The notes: generated by a model not told the origin, from the letters alone. Shown: positions 16,938 through 28,374, numbered from the stretch's first letter. The stretch: 64,000 nucleotides of DNA from Gordonia sp. (in: high G+C Gram-positive bacteria) (GCA_047605365.1 JASGFV010000001.1:24849-88848); one strand, 5' to 3'. A program made the numbers and translations.

Positions 16938-17915
16938 GTGTACAAGCCGCACTTCAGGCTGGACGCGGCGCCGCCGTCGCTTCGCCGGCTGTCTGTGCGA
17001 GTGCTGCGGTGCTACCTCGTGGTCACGACGCTTTCTTACGCGGTCGGGGTCTACTTCACGCTGGTGCCGCCGCAGCCGGGTCTGCAACTCGCGAATCCGA
17101 CCGGCGGAGTCATCGCGATCGTGCTGGGCGTGGCGGCGCTCGGGTGGCTGGCGGTGCGGCCGAGCCGACCGACCCCGGCGGTTCTGGCGGCATGCGTGGC
17201 CACGCCGGTGGTCATCGGCTTTCACGTGCGGTTCACGGCGTCGCTGCTGTGCGTGGTCGCGGCGATGTTCCTGGCGATGTACATCCGGGCCAACTATCGG
17301 CCGCGCACCGCGTGGTGCCTGATAGGCGGTCTGGCCGTCGGCTGCGCGGTCGCGCTGGCGGTGTCGCCGGCACAGGTCTACGCGATGACCGTCGCCGTCT
17401 TCGGGGTGATGGTGATCGCCGCAGCCGAGGCCTTCGGAGTGCTGATCAGGGCTCTGCTCTTCGCCACTTCCACCGATCCGCTCACCGAGGTCTACAACCG
17501 ATTCGGGTGGGACGTCGCCACGGCGGACTTGATCGAGAGGCGACGCCGCAGTGGGGGAGAAGCTGCGTTCCTGCTGCTCGACATCGACGACTTCAAGAAG
17601 CTGAACGATGCCCACGGGCACTACGTCGGCGACCGGCGCCTGGTGACGCACGCGAAGACTTGTCTCGAACTGCTGCCGAGCGACGCCGTGCTCGCCCGCA
17701 TCGGCGGCGACGAATTCGCGGTGCTGGCGGTCGTCGAGCTGAGCTCCGACGCGGACGTCCTCCTCTCCGTGCTGCGCAAAGGCCTTCCGGACACCACTAT
17801 CGGTCTCGCGACGTCGCCGGTGTCCGGCGCCGACCTCACCGACCTTTACCACCGTTCCGACGACGACCTCACTTCACAGAAGAGGCGGCGGAGCCAGAGC
17901 CTCAGTCGGCGGTGA
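16938..17915 (+). CDS. Membrane-anchored GGDEF diguanylate cyclase
   Basis: Multiple TM helices, then TDPLT..NR, DIDDFKKLNDAHGH..GD, RIGGDEF. Confidence 0.85.
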   Translation: MYKPHFRLDAAPPSLRRLSVRVLRCYLVVTTLSYAVGVYFTLVPPQPGLQLANPTGGVIAIVLGVAALGWLAVRPSRPTPAVLAACVATPVVIGFHVRFTASLLCVVAAMFLAMYIRANYRPRTAWCLIGGLAVGCAVALAVSPAQVYAMTVAVFGVMVIAAAEAFGVLIRALLFATSTDPLTEVYNRFGWDVATADLIERRRRSGGEAAFLLLDIDDFKKLNDAHGHYVGDRRLVTHAKTCLELLPSDAVLARIGGDEFAVLAVVELSSDADVLLSVLRKGLPDTTIGLATSPVSGADLTDLYHRSDDDLTSQKRRRSQSLSRR

Positions 17916-18017
17916 CTGTAATCCTGATCCGCGGCCTGGTCTAGTGATCGTTCTGTCATAGACGGACGGTGTCGAGATGTGCATGTGCGTGCTTGCAGAA
18001 GATCGGCGAGGCATGCG

Positions 18018-18836
18018 TCAGTCCCTGGTGCGCTGGTAGTAGGCGCGTAGTGCGATCGGCGCGAAGATCGCGGTGAGGGCCAGCGCCCAGAGCAGCGTCG
18101 ACAGCTCCGGGTAGCGCAGGGGCAGGGCGGCATCGGGGCCGGCCGCCGGACCGTTGCCCCACAGCTGACGCATGGCCTGGACCAGCGACGACACCGGGTT
18201 CCACTCGGCGATGGTGCGCAGCCAGGTGGCCATCGGCGCGGTCGGCACGAACGCGTTCGACAGGAAGGTGACGGGGAACATCGTCGAGAACAGGAAGCCG
18301 TTCACCGCCTCCACCGATCGCAGCCAGGAGCCGATCAGCACGCCGAACCAGATCATCGCGAAGCCGAAGACGATCAGCAGCGCGAAACCCAGCACGCCGT
18401 CGAGCAACGAGGTCCGGATGCGCCAGCCGATGGCCAGCCCGGTCAGCGCCATCACCACGATGCCGATGGACGAGTGCAGCAGGCTCGCGATCGCACGGCC
18501 CAACAGGTACGACGTCCGGCTGATCGGCAGCGACCGGAATCGGTCGACAATGCCCTTGTCGACGTCGGCGGTGATGCCGGTCGACACGATGAACGCGGTG
18601 AACACGATGGTCTGCCCCATGATGCCGGGCAGCAGGTACTCGCGGTAGTTGCCACCGCCGGGCACCGGGATCGACGCGCCGAAGACGAACGCGAACAGCA
18701 CCACGAACATGATCGGCTGAATCGTCACGTCCGAGAGCATCTCGGGCATCCGCTTGGTGTGAATCAGGCTGCGGCGCACCATGATCGTGGTCTGTCGCCA
18801 CAGGCCGGGCGGCTCGATGGACGGGGTCGCGGTCAT
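18018..18836 (-). CDS. DrrB-type ABC-2 exporter permease
   Basis: IQPIMFVVLFAFVFG, Y.EYLLPGI, GIVDRFRSLPI, FLSNAFVP, WNPVS. Confidence 0.9.
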   Translation of the reverse strand: MTATPSIEPPGLWRQTTIMVRRSLIHTKRMPEMLSDVTIQPIMFVVLFAFVFGASIPVPGGGNYREYLLPGIMGQTIVFTAFIVSTGITADVDKGIVDRFRSLPISRTSYLLGRAIASLLHSSIGIVVMALTGLAIGWRIRTSLLDGVLGFALLIVFGFAMIWFGVLIGSWLRSVEAVNGFLFSTMFPVTFLSNAFVPTAPMATWLRTIAEWNPVSSLVQAMRQLWGNGPAAGPDAALPLRYPELSTLLWALALTAIFAPIALRAYYQRTRD

Positions 18837-19691
18837 GCGCGGTCTCCTTCGTCGGCGGCCAGTGCGCCTGGGGCTTCCGGAGCCGAGGCCTCCGGGGCGG
18901 TCTTGTGTCCGGTCAGCGACAGGAAGACGTCGTCGAGACTCGGCCGCGACAGCCGCAGATCGTCGACGGCGATGCCCGACGAGTCGAGCAGGCGCGCGGC
19001 CTCGGTGAGGTCGGCCAGTCCGCCGGCCGGAATGGTCAGGGTGCGGGCGCCCTCGTCGGCGAAGACCTCCTCGGCGAGTCCGGCCAGCAGCGCGTGCGCG
19101 CTCCGGGTGTCGGCGGCGTGGGTGACGGTGGCGACGACGCTGGCCGCGCCGGCCTGCTCTTTGAGCTGCAACGGGGTGCCTTCGGCGATGATGCGGCCGC
19201 GGTCGATCACCACGATCTTGTCGGCCAGCTGATCGGCCTCCTCCAGATACTGCGTGGTCAGCACCAGGGTGGTGCCGCGAGACACCAACTCGCGCAGCAC
19301 ATCCCACAGTTCGTTGCGGCTGTGCGGGTCGAGACCGGTCGTCGGTTCGTCCAGAAACAGCACCGGCGGCGAGCTCAGCAGACTGACCGCCAGGTCGAGT
19401 CGCCGGCGCATGCCGCCGGAGTAGTCGCGGACCACTCGGTCGCCGGCGTCGGTCAGCGAGAACTGCTCCAGCAACTGGGACGAACGGGTGCGCAGGGCCC
19501 TGCGGCCGATGCCGTAGAGCCCGCCGATCATCGACAGGTTCTCACGTCCCGTCAGCAGCTCGTCGACCGTGGCGGCCTGACCGGTCAGGCCCATGTTGCG
19601 CCGGACCTGGGCGGGCTCGGTCTGGACGTCGTACCCGGCGATGCGCGACGGCCACCGGCCCGGTCTGGGGAGTTTGGGGTGATTGCGTCAC
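18833..19691 (-). pseudogene. DrrA-type ABC ATP-binding protein with internal deletion removing Walker A
   Basis: GTG at 19691 gives MTQSPQTPQTGPVAV, which joins out of frame at about 19646 to RIAGYDV...GLTGQ...YSGGMRRRLDLA..LFLDEPTTGLDP; no GxxGxGKT anywhere. Confidence 0.75.
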
Positions 19692-19697
19692 TCCACC

Positions 19698-19720
19698 AAC
19701 GTAGTCCGGGCGTACGACAA
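19698..19720 (-). promoter_or_regulatory. PafBC/RecA-NDp-like promoter, probably leaderless
   Basis: Minus strand tTGTCGT-N10-TACGTT-N6-GTG versus TGTCGG-N10-TANNNT. Confidence 0.45.
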
Positions 19721-19731
19721 GGACTACTGCA

Positions 19732-20622
19732 CTATTTTCGCTTGCGCGCCGACAGCGCGTACGCCTTCAGGCGTCGGTAGCCCCGGACCGACAGCGTCGG
19801 AATGGAGTGAATGCGCAGGTCCTCGTCGTCTTCCAGGGCCTTGGCGACGTTCTCGTCGACCAGCGTGGTGTCCGATCGCGCCGCGCTCGCAAGCCGGGCC
19901 GCGATGTTGACCGGCTCGCCGAAGACGTCGCCGATCCGCGCCAGCGTATGCCCCATCGCCAAGCCGATGCACAGCGAGGGCAGCTCGCCGTCGGACGTCA
20001 GGGCGTGCAGTTCCAGGGCGATCGACGCCGCCGCCGCCGGACTCTTGACGGTGAACATCACCGCGTCGCCGATGTTCTTGACGATCTGGCCGCCGTGGTC
20101 GCTCACGATCGAATGCGCGCCCGACTCGAACGACTCGAGGAGCGCCTCCAACTCGACCATCGGCAGGCGCCGCGACATGGACGTGTAGCCGACGATGTCG
20201 GCGAATCCGACGACCACCTCCTCGTCGACGGCCTCGGACGTGTCCGCCTGGAGAAGGCTGAGAAGGTGCCGTCGCCACACCAGATTCTGCAGGTGGGCGA
20301 GGGCGTCGACGAGCTGCTCGGTGGTCAGGCCGGTGCCCGGGTCGGCGGCCAGTGTGCGGATCTGGTCGGCTTGCCACTGCGCCAGGCGGGCCGTCGACTG
20401 GCCGATGGCCCGCGCCGCGGCCAGCTGCGTCGTGGGGTCCAGGTGCTGGTTCTTGCCGGCGAACGCCGCGACGGCGGCCACGTCGTCGGCGCTGAACTGC
20501 TGCTGGTGCTCGGCGTCGTGCGGGAATCCGAATGCTCGCCAGACCCGTTCGGCGAGAACCGGATCCACGTGGAGCGTGTCGGCCATCTCCTCGCGCGTGT
20601 ACTTGATCTTCTCGTCAGACAC
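19732..20622 (-). CDS. Class III adenylate cyclase with N-terminal regulatory domain (Rv2212/Rv1264-like)
   Basis: GFADIVGYT, VKNIGDAVMF, GDVFGEPVNIAARL: canonical D, K, D, D, N, R residues present. Confidence 0.9.
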   Translation of the reverse strand: MSDEKIKYTREEMADTLHVDPVLAERVWRAFGFPHDAEHQQQFSADDVAAVAAFAGKNQHLDPTTQLAAARAIGQSTARLAQWQADQIRTLAADPGTGLTTEQLVDALAHLQNLVWRRHLLSLLQADTSEAVDEEVVVGFADIVGYTSMSRRLPMVELEALLESFESGAHSIVSDHGGQIVKNIGDAVMFTVKSPAAAASIALELHALTSDGELPSLCIGLAMGHTLARIGDVFGEPVNIAARLASAARSDTTLVDENVAKALEDDEDLRIHSIPTLSVRGYRRLKAYALSARKRK

Positions 20623-21790
20623 CCAGCAGACCTTTCATCAGGTAAGCCATCCGGGCGGCGAACTGGGGAAGGCCGGTGCGCCGCGGCATACGGACCGCAT
20701 CGTTCACGATAGCGAGTGCGCAGTGCACGGTCAGGGTGGCCGTCTGCGGGGTGGTCGACGCGTCGGCCTGCTGCAGCAGCTCGACCCACCGTCGCACGTA
20801 TCGGCGCTGGCTGGCGAGCAGATCGGCGGCGTGCGGATTCCCGGACATCGAGTATCCGGAGTTCAGCGCCACCTGCAGGTCCGGCGACGACGTCATTGTG
20901 TCGACGTACGACTCGACGAGCAGCCCGAGCAGCGCCGCGGGATCGGCCGTGCGGGCCCGCGCCGCCATCGCGCCGGCCTCCAGCCGCAGCGCGCTGCGCT
21001 GCCCGATCGCCACCAGGATCGCGTCCTTGGAGGGGAAGTGCTTGTAGACGCTGGGGCCGGTGATGCCGACGGCCGCGCCGATGTCGTCCATGCCGGTGCT
21101 GGAGAAGCCGCGCTGCGCGAACTGGGCGGCTGCGGCGTCGAGGATCTCGTCGCGGCGGTCGGGGAGGGTGTCGTCGACGACGGGCTGCGCCTCCAGCGGC
21201 GTCGCGTCGGCGGGAGTCAGCGCCAGCACCCGCAACGTCAGCGCACGGATCTGTGCGACCAGCTCGTCGTTGCTCAGCCCACGACGGCGGCCGGCGAAAC
21301 TGTCGATCACGCTGAGGACGGCACCGGCGAGGTACATCGACTCGCGCTCGGTCACCTCCGGGGCACGGGACGCGGCGATCCCGACTGCCCAGCGACGCAG
21401 CACCGCGCGCGTGCGCTGCACCACCTCTCTGTCTTCCTCGGGTGTCAGATACTGCCCGGACCAGCGCCACAGCGAATTGGTGTGCGGACGTGCGACAGTG
21501 AGCCGCGTCGCGACGGCGACGATGGCCTCGACCGGGTCGTCGATCTCATTCAGGGCGCGGTCGGTGCACGCCTCGAACTGGTCCACCTGCTCCTGGACGG
21601 CGGCCACCAGCAGGGCGCGCTTGTCGCCGAAGTGGCGGTACAGGGTAGGGGTGCTGACGCCCGCGCAGCGGGCGATGTCGGTGACCGAGACGTGCGGATA
21701 TCCGCGTTCGCCGAAGAGCGCCGCGGCGGCGTCGATCAGCTGTCTGCGACGGTCTTCCGGGCGCGCACGCCGACCTGTCCTGCTCGTCAT
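20615..21790 (-). CDS. TetR-family regulator with two tandem HTH-TetR modules
   Basis: HTH1 VSVTDIARCAGVSTPTLYRHF; HTH2 TGMDDIGAAVGITGPSVYKHFPSK. Confidence 0.88.
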   Translation of the reverse strand: MTSRTGRRARPEDRRRQLIDAAAALFGERGYPHVSVTDIARCAGVSTPTLYRHFGDKRALLVAAVQEQVDQFEACTDRALNEIDDPVEAIVAVATRLTVARPHTNSLWRWSGQYLTPEEDREVVQRTRAVLRRWAVGIAASRAPEVTERESMYLAGAVLSVIDSFAGRRRGLSNDELVAQIRALTLRVLALTPADATPLEAQPVVDDTLPDRRDEILDAAAAQFAQRGFSSTGMDDIGAAVGITGPSVYKHFPSKDAILVAIGQRSALRLEAGAMAARARTADPAALLGLLVESYVDTMTSSPDLQVALNSGYSMSGNPHAADLLASQRRYVRRWVELLQQADASTTPQTATLTVHCALAIVNDAVRMPRRTGLPQFAARMAYLMKGLLGV

Positions 21791-21916
21791 GGTGAACCGA
21801 CCATAGCCCAAACTGAAGATGGCGCGCATCCACCTGACCTCTTGGTATAGCCAAATGCGTTATTGAGCGTTAGCCTGGCAACGTAACCACATTCGGTTCG
21901 TGTGAAAGGAACACTT

Positions 21917-23128
<1,212 letters not shown>

Positions 23129-23163
23129 GCCGGCACGAACCCGAGAAGGAAAAGACTTAACTC

Positions 23164-25362
23164 ATGACTGACAACATGATTGCGTGGGAGAAGGACGCCG
23201 ACGGCGTCGTCATCCTCACCATGGACGACCCGAATCAGGGCGCCAACACCATGAACAAGCTGTTCCGGGAGTCGCTGTCGGCGACCGTCGACCGCCTCGA
23301 GGCCGAGAAGGACGACATCACCGGTGTCATCGTCGCTTCGGCGAAGAAGACCTTCTTCGCCGGCGGCGACCTCAAGGACATGACCAGCGCGCCTGCCGAC
23401 CAGAGCAAGGAAGAGATCGCCGCGGCGATCTACGAGCAGGTCGGCGAGATGAAGTCGGCGATGCGTCGCCTCGAGACCCTGGGCAAGCCCGTCGTCGCCG
23501 CCGTCAACGGCGCGGCGCTGGGCGGCGGCCTGGAGATCGCTCTGCACTGCCACTACCGCGTCGTCGCCGACGTGAAGGGCGTGCAGCTGGGCCTGCCCGA
23601 GGTGACCCTCGGTCTGCTCCCGGGCGGCGGCGGCATCGTCCGCACTGTCCGACTGCTGGGCATGCAGCAGGCGCTGATGGGCGTCCTGCTGCAGGGCACC
23701 CGCTTCAAGCCGGCCAAGGCCAAAGAGATCGGCCTGGTCAACGAGGTCGTCGGCAGCGTCGAAGAGCTGATCCCGGCCGCCAAGGCCTGGATCGCGGCGA
23801 ACCCCGAGTCGCAGCAGCCCTTCGACGTCAAGGGCTACAAGCTCCCGGGCGGCGGACCGACCAACCCCAAGGTCGCCGCCAACCTGCCGGCGTTCCCGTC
23901 GCTGCTGCGCAAGCAGATCAAGGGCACCAACATGCCGGCTCCGCGCGCCATCCTGGCCGCGGCCATCGAAGGCGCCTACGTCGACGTCGACACCGCCGAC
24001 CTGGTGGAGAGCCGCTACTTCGTGTCGCTGGTGACCGGTCAGGTCGCGCAGAACATGATCAACGCGTTCTTCTTCAACCTGAACCACATCAACGGCGGCG
24101 GCTCGCGTCCCGAGGGCTACGACAAGTGGAAGGCCAAGAAGGTCGGCGTGATCGGCGCCGGCATGATGGGCGCGGCCATCGCGTACGTCTCGGCCAAGGC
24201 CGGCATCGAGGTGGTCCTCAAGGACATCGACATCGAGGCGGCCAAGCGCGGCAAGGCGTACTCGGAGCAGCTCGAGGCCAAGGCGCTCTCGCGCGGCAAG
24301 ACCACCGAGGAGAAGAGCAAGGCTCTCCTCGACCTGATCCACCCGACCGTGGACCCGCAGGACTTCGCCGGCGTCGACCTCGTCATCGAGGCCGCGTTCG
24401 AGTCCGTCGAGGTCAAGAACAAGGTCTTCCAGGAGATCGAGGACATCGTCGAGCCCGACGCCGTGCTCGGCTCCAACACCTCGACCCTGCCGATCACCGG
24501 CCTGGCCGAGGGCGTCAAGAAGCCCGAAGACTTCATCGGCATCCACTTCTTCAGCCCGGTCGACAAGATGCCGCTGGTGGAGATCATCTGCGGTGAGAAG
24601 ACCAAGGACGAGGTCCTGGCCAAGGTCATCGACTACACGCTGGCGATCCGCAAGACCCCGATCGTCGTCAACGACAGCCGCGGCTTCTTCACCAGCCGCG
24701 TCATCGGCACCTTCATCAACGAGGCCCTCGCGGCCGTCGGCGAGGGCGTCGAACTGTCGTTCATCGAGCAGGCGGGCACCCAGGCCGGTTACCCGGCCGC
24801 GCCGCTGCAGTTGACCGACGAGCTGACGCTCACCCTGATGCAGAAGATCCGCAAGGAGAGCAAGGCCGGCGCCGAGGCCGCGGGCATCGAGTTCCCCGAT
24901 CACGGCGCGTACGCGGTCGTGGACTGGATGGTCGAGCAGGGTCGTACGTCGAAGAAGGACGGCAAGGGCTTCTACGACTACACCGACGGCAAGCGCGATC
25001 ACCTGTGGCAGGGCGCCCGGGAGCACTTCAAGTCCGGCTCGACGGAGATCCCGTTCGAGGACATGAAGGAGCGCATGCTCTTCGCCGAGGCTCTCGAGAC
25101 GATCAAGTGCTTCGACGAGGGCGTGCTGCGCTCGGTGGAGGACGCCAACATCGGTTCGATCTTCGGAATCGGCTTCCCGGCCTGGTCGGGCGGCGTGGTG
25201 CAGTACATCAACCAGTACGAGGGCGGCATCGCGGGTTTCGTCGCCCGCTCGCGCGACCTGGCTTCCAAGTACGGCAGCCACTTCGAGCCGCCGGCCTCGC
25301 TGGTCGAGAAGGCCGAGTCCGGCGTCGCCAAGCTGACGAACGAGAACCTCGTCAAGAAGTGA
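23164..25362 (+). CDS. fadB: Enoyl-CoA hydratase / 3-hydroxyacyl-CoA dehydrogenase, alpha subunit
   Basis: FFAGGDL, ALGGGLE, GLPEVTLGLLPGGG, GAGMMG, SNTSTLPI, HFFSPVDKM. Confidence 0.93.
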   Translation: MTDNMIAWEKDADGVVILTMDDPNQGANTMNKLFRESLSATVDRLEAEKDDITGVIVASAKKTFFAGGDLKDMTSAPADQSKEEIAAAIYEQVGEMKSAMRRLETLGKPVVAAVNGAALGGGLEIALHCHYRVVADVKGVQLGLPEVTLGLLPGGGGIVRTVRLLGMQQALMGVLLQGTRFKPAKAKEIGLVNEVVGSVEELIPAAKAWIAANPESQQPFDVKGYKLPGGGPTNPKVAANLPAFPSLLRKQIKGTNMPAPRAILAAAIEGAYVDVDTADLVESRYFVSLVTGQVAQNMINAFFFNLNHINGGGSRPEGYDKWKAKKVGVIGAGMMGAAIAYVSAKAGIEVVLKDIDIEAAKRGKAYSEQLEAKALSRGKTTEEKSKALLDLIHPTVDPQDFAGVDLVIEAAFESVEVKNKVFQEIEDIVEPDAVLGSNTSTLPITGLAEGVKKPEDFIGIHFFSPVDKMPLVEIICGEKTKDEVLAKVIDYTLAIRKTPIVVNDSRGFFTSRVIGTFINEALAAVGEGVELSFIEQAGTQAGYPAAPLQLTDELTLTLMQKIRKESKAGAEAAGIEFPDHGAYAVVDWMVEQGRTSKKDGKGFYDYTDGKRDHLWQGAREHFKSGSTEIPFEDMKERMLFAEALETIKCFDEGVLRSVEDANIGSIFGIGFPAWSGGVVQYINQYEGGIAGFVARSRDLASKYGSHFEPPASLVEKAESGVAKLTNENLVKK

Positions 25363-25396
25363 CGCTGCGCTGAGCTCTGCTCAGCAGGCTTCGACG

Positions 25397-25424
25397 GCCC
25401 CGGGAGAGTTCGCTCTCTCGGGGC
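25397..25424 (+). terminator. Intrinsic terminator after fadB
   Basis: gccccgggagag-TTCG-ctctctcggggc hairpin. Confidence 0.75.
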
Positions 25425-25533
25425 TGTTCGCGTCTCGGCCGGGCACTGTAGGGCGGCTCGGGAGGCCCGAAATGCGGGTCTGGAGGCCAGTCTGGTGAGG
25501 GCCTCAGGGGCCCGATGCGACATGTCTGCGCGA

Positions 25534-25545
25534 ATGTCTAGACAT
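25534..25545. promoter_or_regulatory. Perfect palindrome, GntR/HutC-type operator candidate
   Basis: ATGTCTAGACAT about 190 bp upstream of the sugar porter. Confidence 0.5.
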
Positions 25546-25733
25546 GGTCGCTCGACAGCGCATGTGATGCACACCACTTACATTCTGTGTAGCAGTCGCC
25601 ACCACGGTGACGCGTAGCGAAAGCGCTGCACGACGACACACGCCGTCCTGCTGGTGCATCGGGATCGTCCGATGACGAGGAGGCGATACGTCGTCGCCGA
25701 TATCCCCTCTGGGGCTGGAACAAGGAGAGTTAC

Positions 25734-27182
25734 GTGTCTCACGACACTACTTCTTCGGTGGGATCCAAACTCCCACCACTGAGGCCGGGCCCGCATCAGC
25801 GGCGCATGGACTTGATCGCGATCGTCGCCACCCTCGGCGGCCTGCTCTTCGGTTACGACACGGGCGTGCTCAACGGCGCCCTCGAGCCGATGAAGCGCGA
25901 TCTGCACCTCAGCACCACCACCGAGGGCTTCGTGGTCAGCATCCTGCTGATCGGCGCCGCCGTCGGTGCACTCACCTGCGGCCGCCTCGCTGACGCGATC
26001 GGCCGCCGCAAGACCATGATCATCCTGTCGGTGGTCTTCTTCGTCGGCACCATCGGCGCGGTCGTCGCCCCGAACCTCGGCGTCATGCTGCCGTCGCGGT
26101 TCATCCTCGGCCTCGCGGTCGGCGGCGCATCGGTAGTCGTGCCGGTGTACCTGTCGGAGCTGGCGCCGACTGAGCGTCGCGGTCGCCTCGGCGGTCGCAA
26201 CGAACTGGCCATCGTCGTCGGTCAACTCGCCGCGTTCGTGATCAACGCGATCATCGCCGCGATCTGGCCCCCGGCCACCGCGACCAACCCGGACGGCCAC
26301 CCCGGCGTCTGGCGCATCATGCTGCTGATCTGTGCCGTCCCGGCGGTGTGCCTGTTCATCGGCATGCTCCGCATGCCGGAGTCGCCGCGCTGGTACGTCT
26401 CGAAGGGGCGCGACGACGAAGCGCTCGGCGTCCTCATGCAGGTCCGCACCGAGGACCGTGCTCGCGCCGAGATGGGAGAGGTCGAAGAGCTCGCGAAGCA
26501 AGAGGAAATGCAGCAGACCGGTGGCTGGAAGGACATGGCCATACCGTGGGTGCGCAGAATCATGCTCGCGGCGGTGATCCTCGCGATCGCGCAGCAGGTC
26601 ACCGGCATCAACTCGGTCATGTACTACGGCACGGAGATGCTCAAGGTCGCCGGCTTCAGCGACAGCGCGGCGCCGATCGCGAACATCTTCATGGGCGTCG
26701 CCGCCGTGGTCGGCAGCTCTATCTGCCTGTTCGTCCTGATCGACCGCATTCCGCGCCGAACTCTCATCCTGTACGGCATGGCCGCAGTGACGATCTGTCA
26801 CGGGCTCACTGTGCTGTCGGCGCTGGTGCTCCCCGACGGCAAGGTGCAGGCCTACGCGGTGCTGCTGTTCGTCGGACTGTTCGTGCTGTCGATGCAGACC
26901 GCGCTGAACGTGCCGGTCTGGGTGTGCCTGTCGGAGTTGTTCCCGCTCCGTCTGCGCGGCTTCGGCATGGGCCTGTCGGTCCTGATCCTGTGGGTCGCCA
27001 ACGCCCTGGTGGGACAGTTCTTCCCCGCACTGATCGACGCCGGCGGCATCAGCGGCACCTACGGGACCTTCTTCGTGATCTGTGCGATCTTCGGCCTCTT
27101 GATCTACAAGACCCTGCCGAACACCAGCGGTCGCTCGCTGGAAGAGCTCGAAGAGTCGTTCGCCACCAGACCGCCCACTTGA
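25734..27182 (+). CDS. Sugar porter family MFS transporter (inositol/IolT-like)
   Basis: GGLLFGYDTG, GRLADAIGRR, YLSELAP..RRG, PESPRW, QQVTGINSVMYY; RBS aaggag. Confidence 0.9.
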   Translation: MSHDTTSSVGSKLPPLRPGPHQRRMDLIAIVATLGGLLFGYDTGVLNGALEPMKRDLHLSTTTEGFVVSILLIGAAVGALTCGRLADAIGRRKTMIILSVVFFVGTIGAVVAPNLGVMLPSRFILGLAVGGASVVVPVYLSELAPTERRGRLGGRNELAIVVGQLAAFVINAIIAAIWPPATATNPDGHPGVWRIMLLICAVPAVCLFIGMLRMPESPRWYVSKGRDDEALGVLMQVRTEDRARAEMGEVEELAKQEEMQQTGGWKDMAIPWVRRIMLAAVILAIAQQVTGINSVMYYGTEMLKVAGFSDSAAPIANIFMGVAAVVGSSICLFVLIDRIPRRTLILYGMAAVTICHGLTVLSALVLPDGKVQAYAVLLFVGLFVLSMQTALNVPVWVCLSELFPLRLRGFGMGLSVLILWVANALVGQFFPALIDAGGISGTYGTFFVICAIFGLLIYKTLPNTSGRSLEELEESFATRPPT

Positions 27183-27280
27183 TTCTCTGGCGAAGTCGAC
27201 ATTCCTGGCCGCCGGTGAGAGCGGCATACTTGGGCAGTGGCCGACCTGGCGGCCGTCGGCGGCCCCGGACGGAGTTGACG

Positions 27281-27481
27281 ATGACGAGTCTTGACGAGAT
27301 CCGGAAGGCGCGCGAGAGGTCGGTGATCATTCTCATCCGGGCGGCCGAACTACGCCGCGAAGAACCCGAACCTCGGCTGATCGACGTCGTCTGGGCCGAG
27401 GCGAAAGCCGGGTCTCAGTCGCCGCTCATCGCGGCGCGATCCTCGTCGCCGAAGGTGTCTTCCAGGACGGCGGGGGTGTAG
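27281..27481 (+). CDS. Possible small hypothetical protein (66 aa)
   Basis: GGAG RBS before ATG and CATACT -10 candidate upstream; overlaps the R2lox 3' end by 67 bp. Confidence 0.3.
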   Translation: MTSLDEIRKARERSVIILIRAAELRREEPEPRLIDVVWAEAKAGSQSPLIAARSSSPKVSSRTAGV

Positions 27482-28374
27482 TCGAGATCGATTTCGGCGA
27501 CCGGCCTCCCGCGTGCGGACTCGATGGCGCCGAGCCTGCGCTGGGCCCGGTCGGCGGCGTAGCTGAGGAATACGGAGCGGTCGACGTCGAACGGGTCCTC
27601 GTCGAACTGGTTGTTGACCCACTCGATCATCCCGAGCGCCATCGGCATCAGTTCGCCCATGCGTCCGGTGACGACGTCCCAGAGGCTGTCGTCGGCGGCG
27701 ACGTGCCGCCGGCAGGTGAACGTGCCCCACGCCATGTGGCGTCGCTCATCGTCGGAGATCCGGCCGATGAGCTCTTGCATTCCGTGCAGCATGCCCCGAT
27801 CGGTGCAGATCCGGCTCCAGGCGTAGTAGCCGGTCAGCGCCAGACTGCCTTCGACGACGTGGTTGTAGGTGACGCTGGCCCGGACCTGGTTGAGCGGCGA
27901 CGGGTCGGACTGCAGGACGCCCAGGCACTGTGGCAGTTCGTCGTAGAAGAGCTGACGGTAGTACGGGTTTTCGGCGACGAACGGGTGCATGTCGTCGACC
28001 AGTCCGACGGCGTCCATCCAGAGCCGGAACCCCTGCGCGTGCTTGGCCTCCTCCAGGCAGAACTGCGAAAGGTACATCTCGTCGCCGAACCGGCCCTCGG
28101 CCGACATCGCCGACATGAACGGCTGGATGTCCTGGGTCACGGCCTCCTCGCCGGCGACGAACTGCGACACCAGGAACTTGGCGCTGCGCTGCTGCTCGCT
28201 GTTCAGCGCGGCCCAGTCGGCGGCGTCGCGCGTGAAGTCGATGGCCGCCGGATTCCAGAACTTGCCGTTGCCCTTGGTGAAGAGGCGCAGTGGAAACGCG
28301 TCCCAGTGCAGTCCGCCCGCACTGAGCGAGGCGAAGCCTTCCCGGGTTCTGGTGGGCGGCTGAGTCACGGTCAT
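27415..28374 (-). CDS. R2-like ligand-binding oxidase (R2lox, Rv0233-like)
   Basis: [52 protein letters not shown] metal ligands. Confidence 0.9.
   Translation of the reverse strand: MTVTQPPTRTREGFASLSAGGLHWDAFPLRLFTKGNGKFWNPAAIDFTRDAADWAALNSEQQRSAKFLVSQFVAGEEAVTQDIQPFMSAMSAEGRFGDEMYLSQFCLEEAKHAQGFRLWMDAVGLVDDMHPFVAENPYYRQLFYDELPQCLGVLQSDPSPLNQVRASVTYNHVVEGSLALTGYYAWSRICTDRGMLHGMQELIGRISDDERRHMAWGTFTCRRHVAADDSLWDVVTGRMGELMPMALGMIEWVNNQFDEDPFDVDRSVFLSYAADRAQRRLGAIESARGRPVAEIDLDYTPAVLEDTFGDEDRAAMSGD

Noticed and set aside
27415-28374. Ribonucleotide reductase small subunit (nrdB/nrdF)
   Set aside because: Motifs match R2lox and there is no adjacent R1/nrdE, nrdI or nrdH
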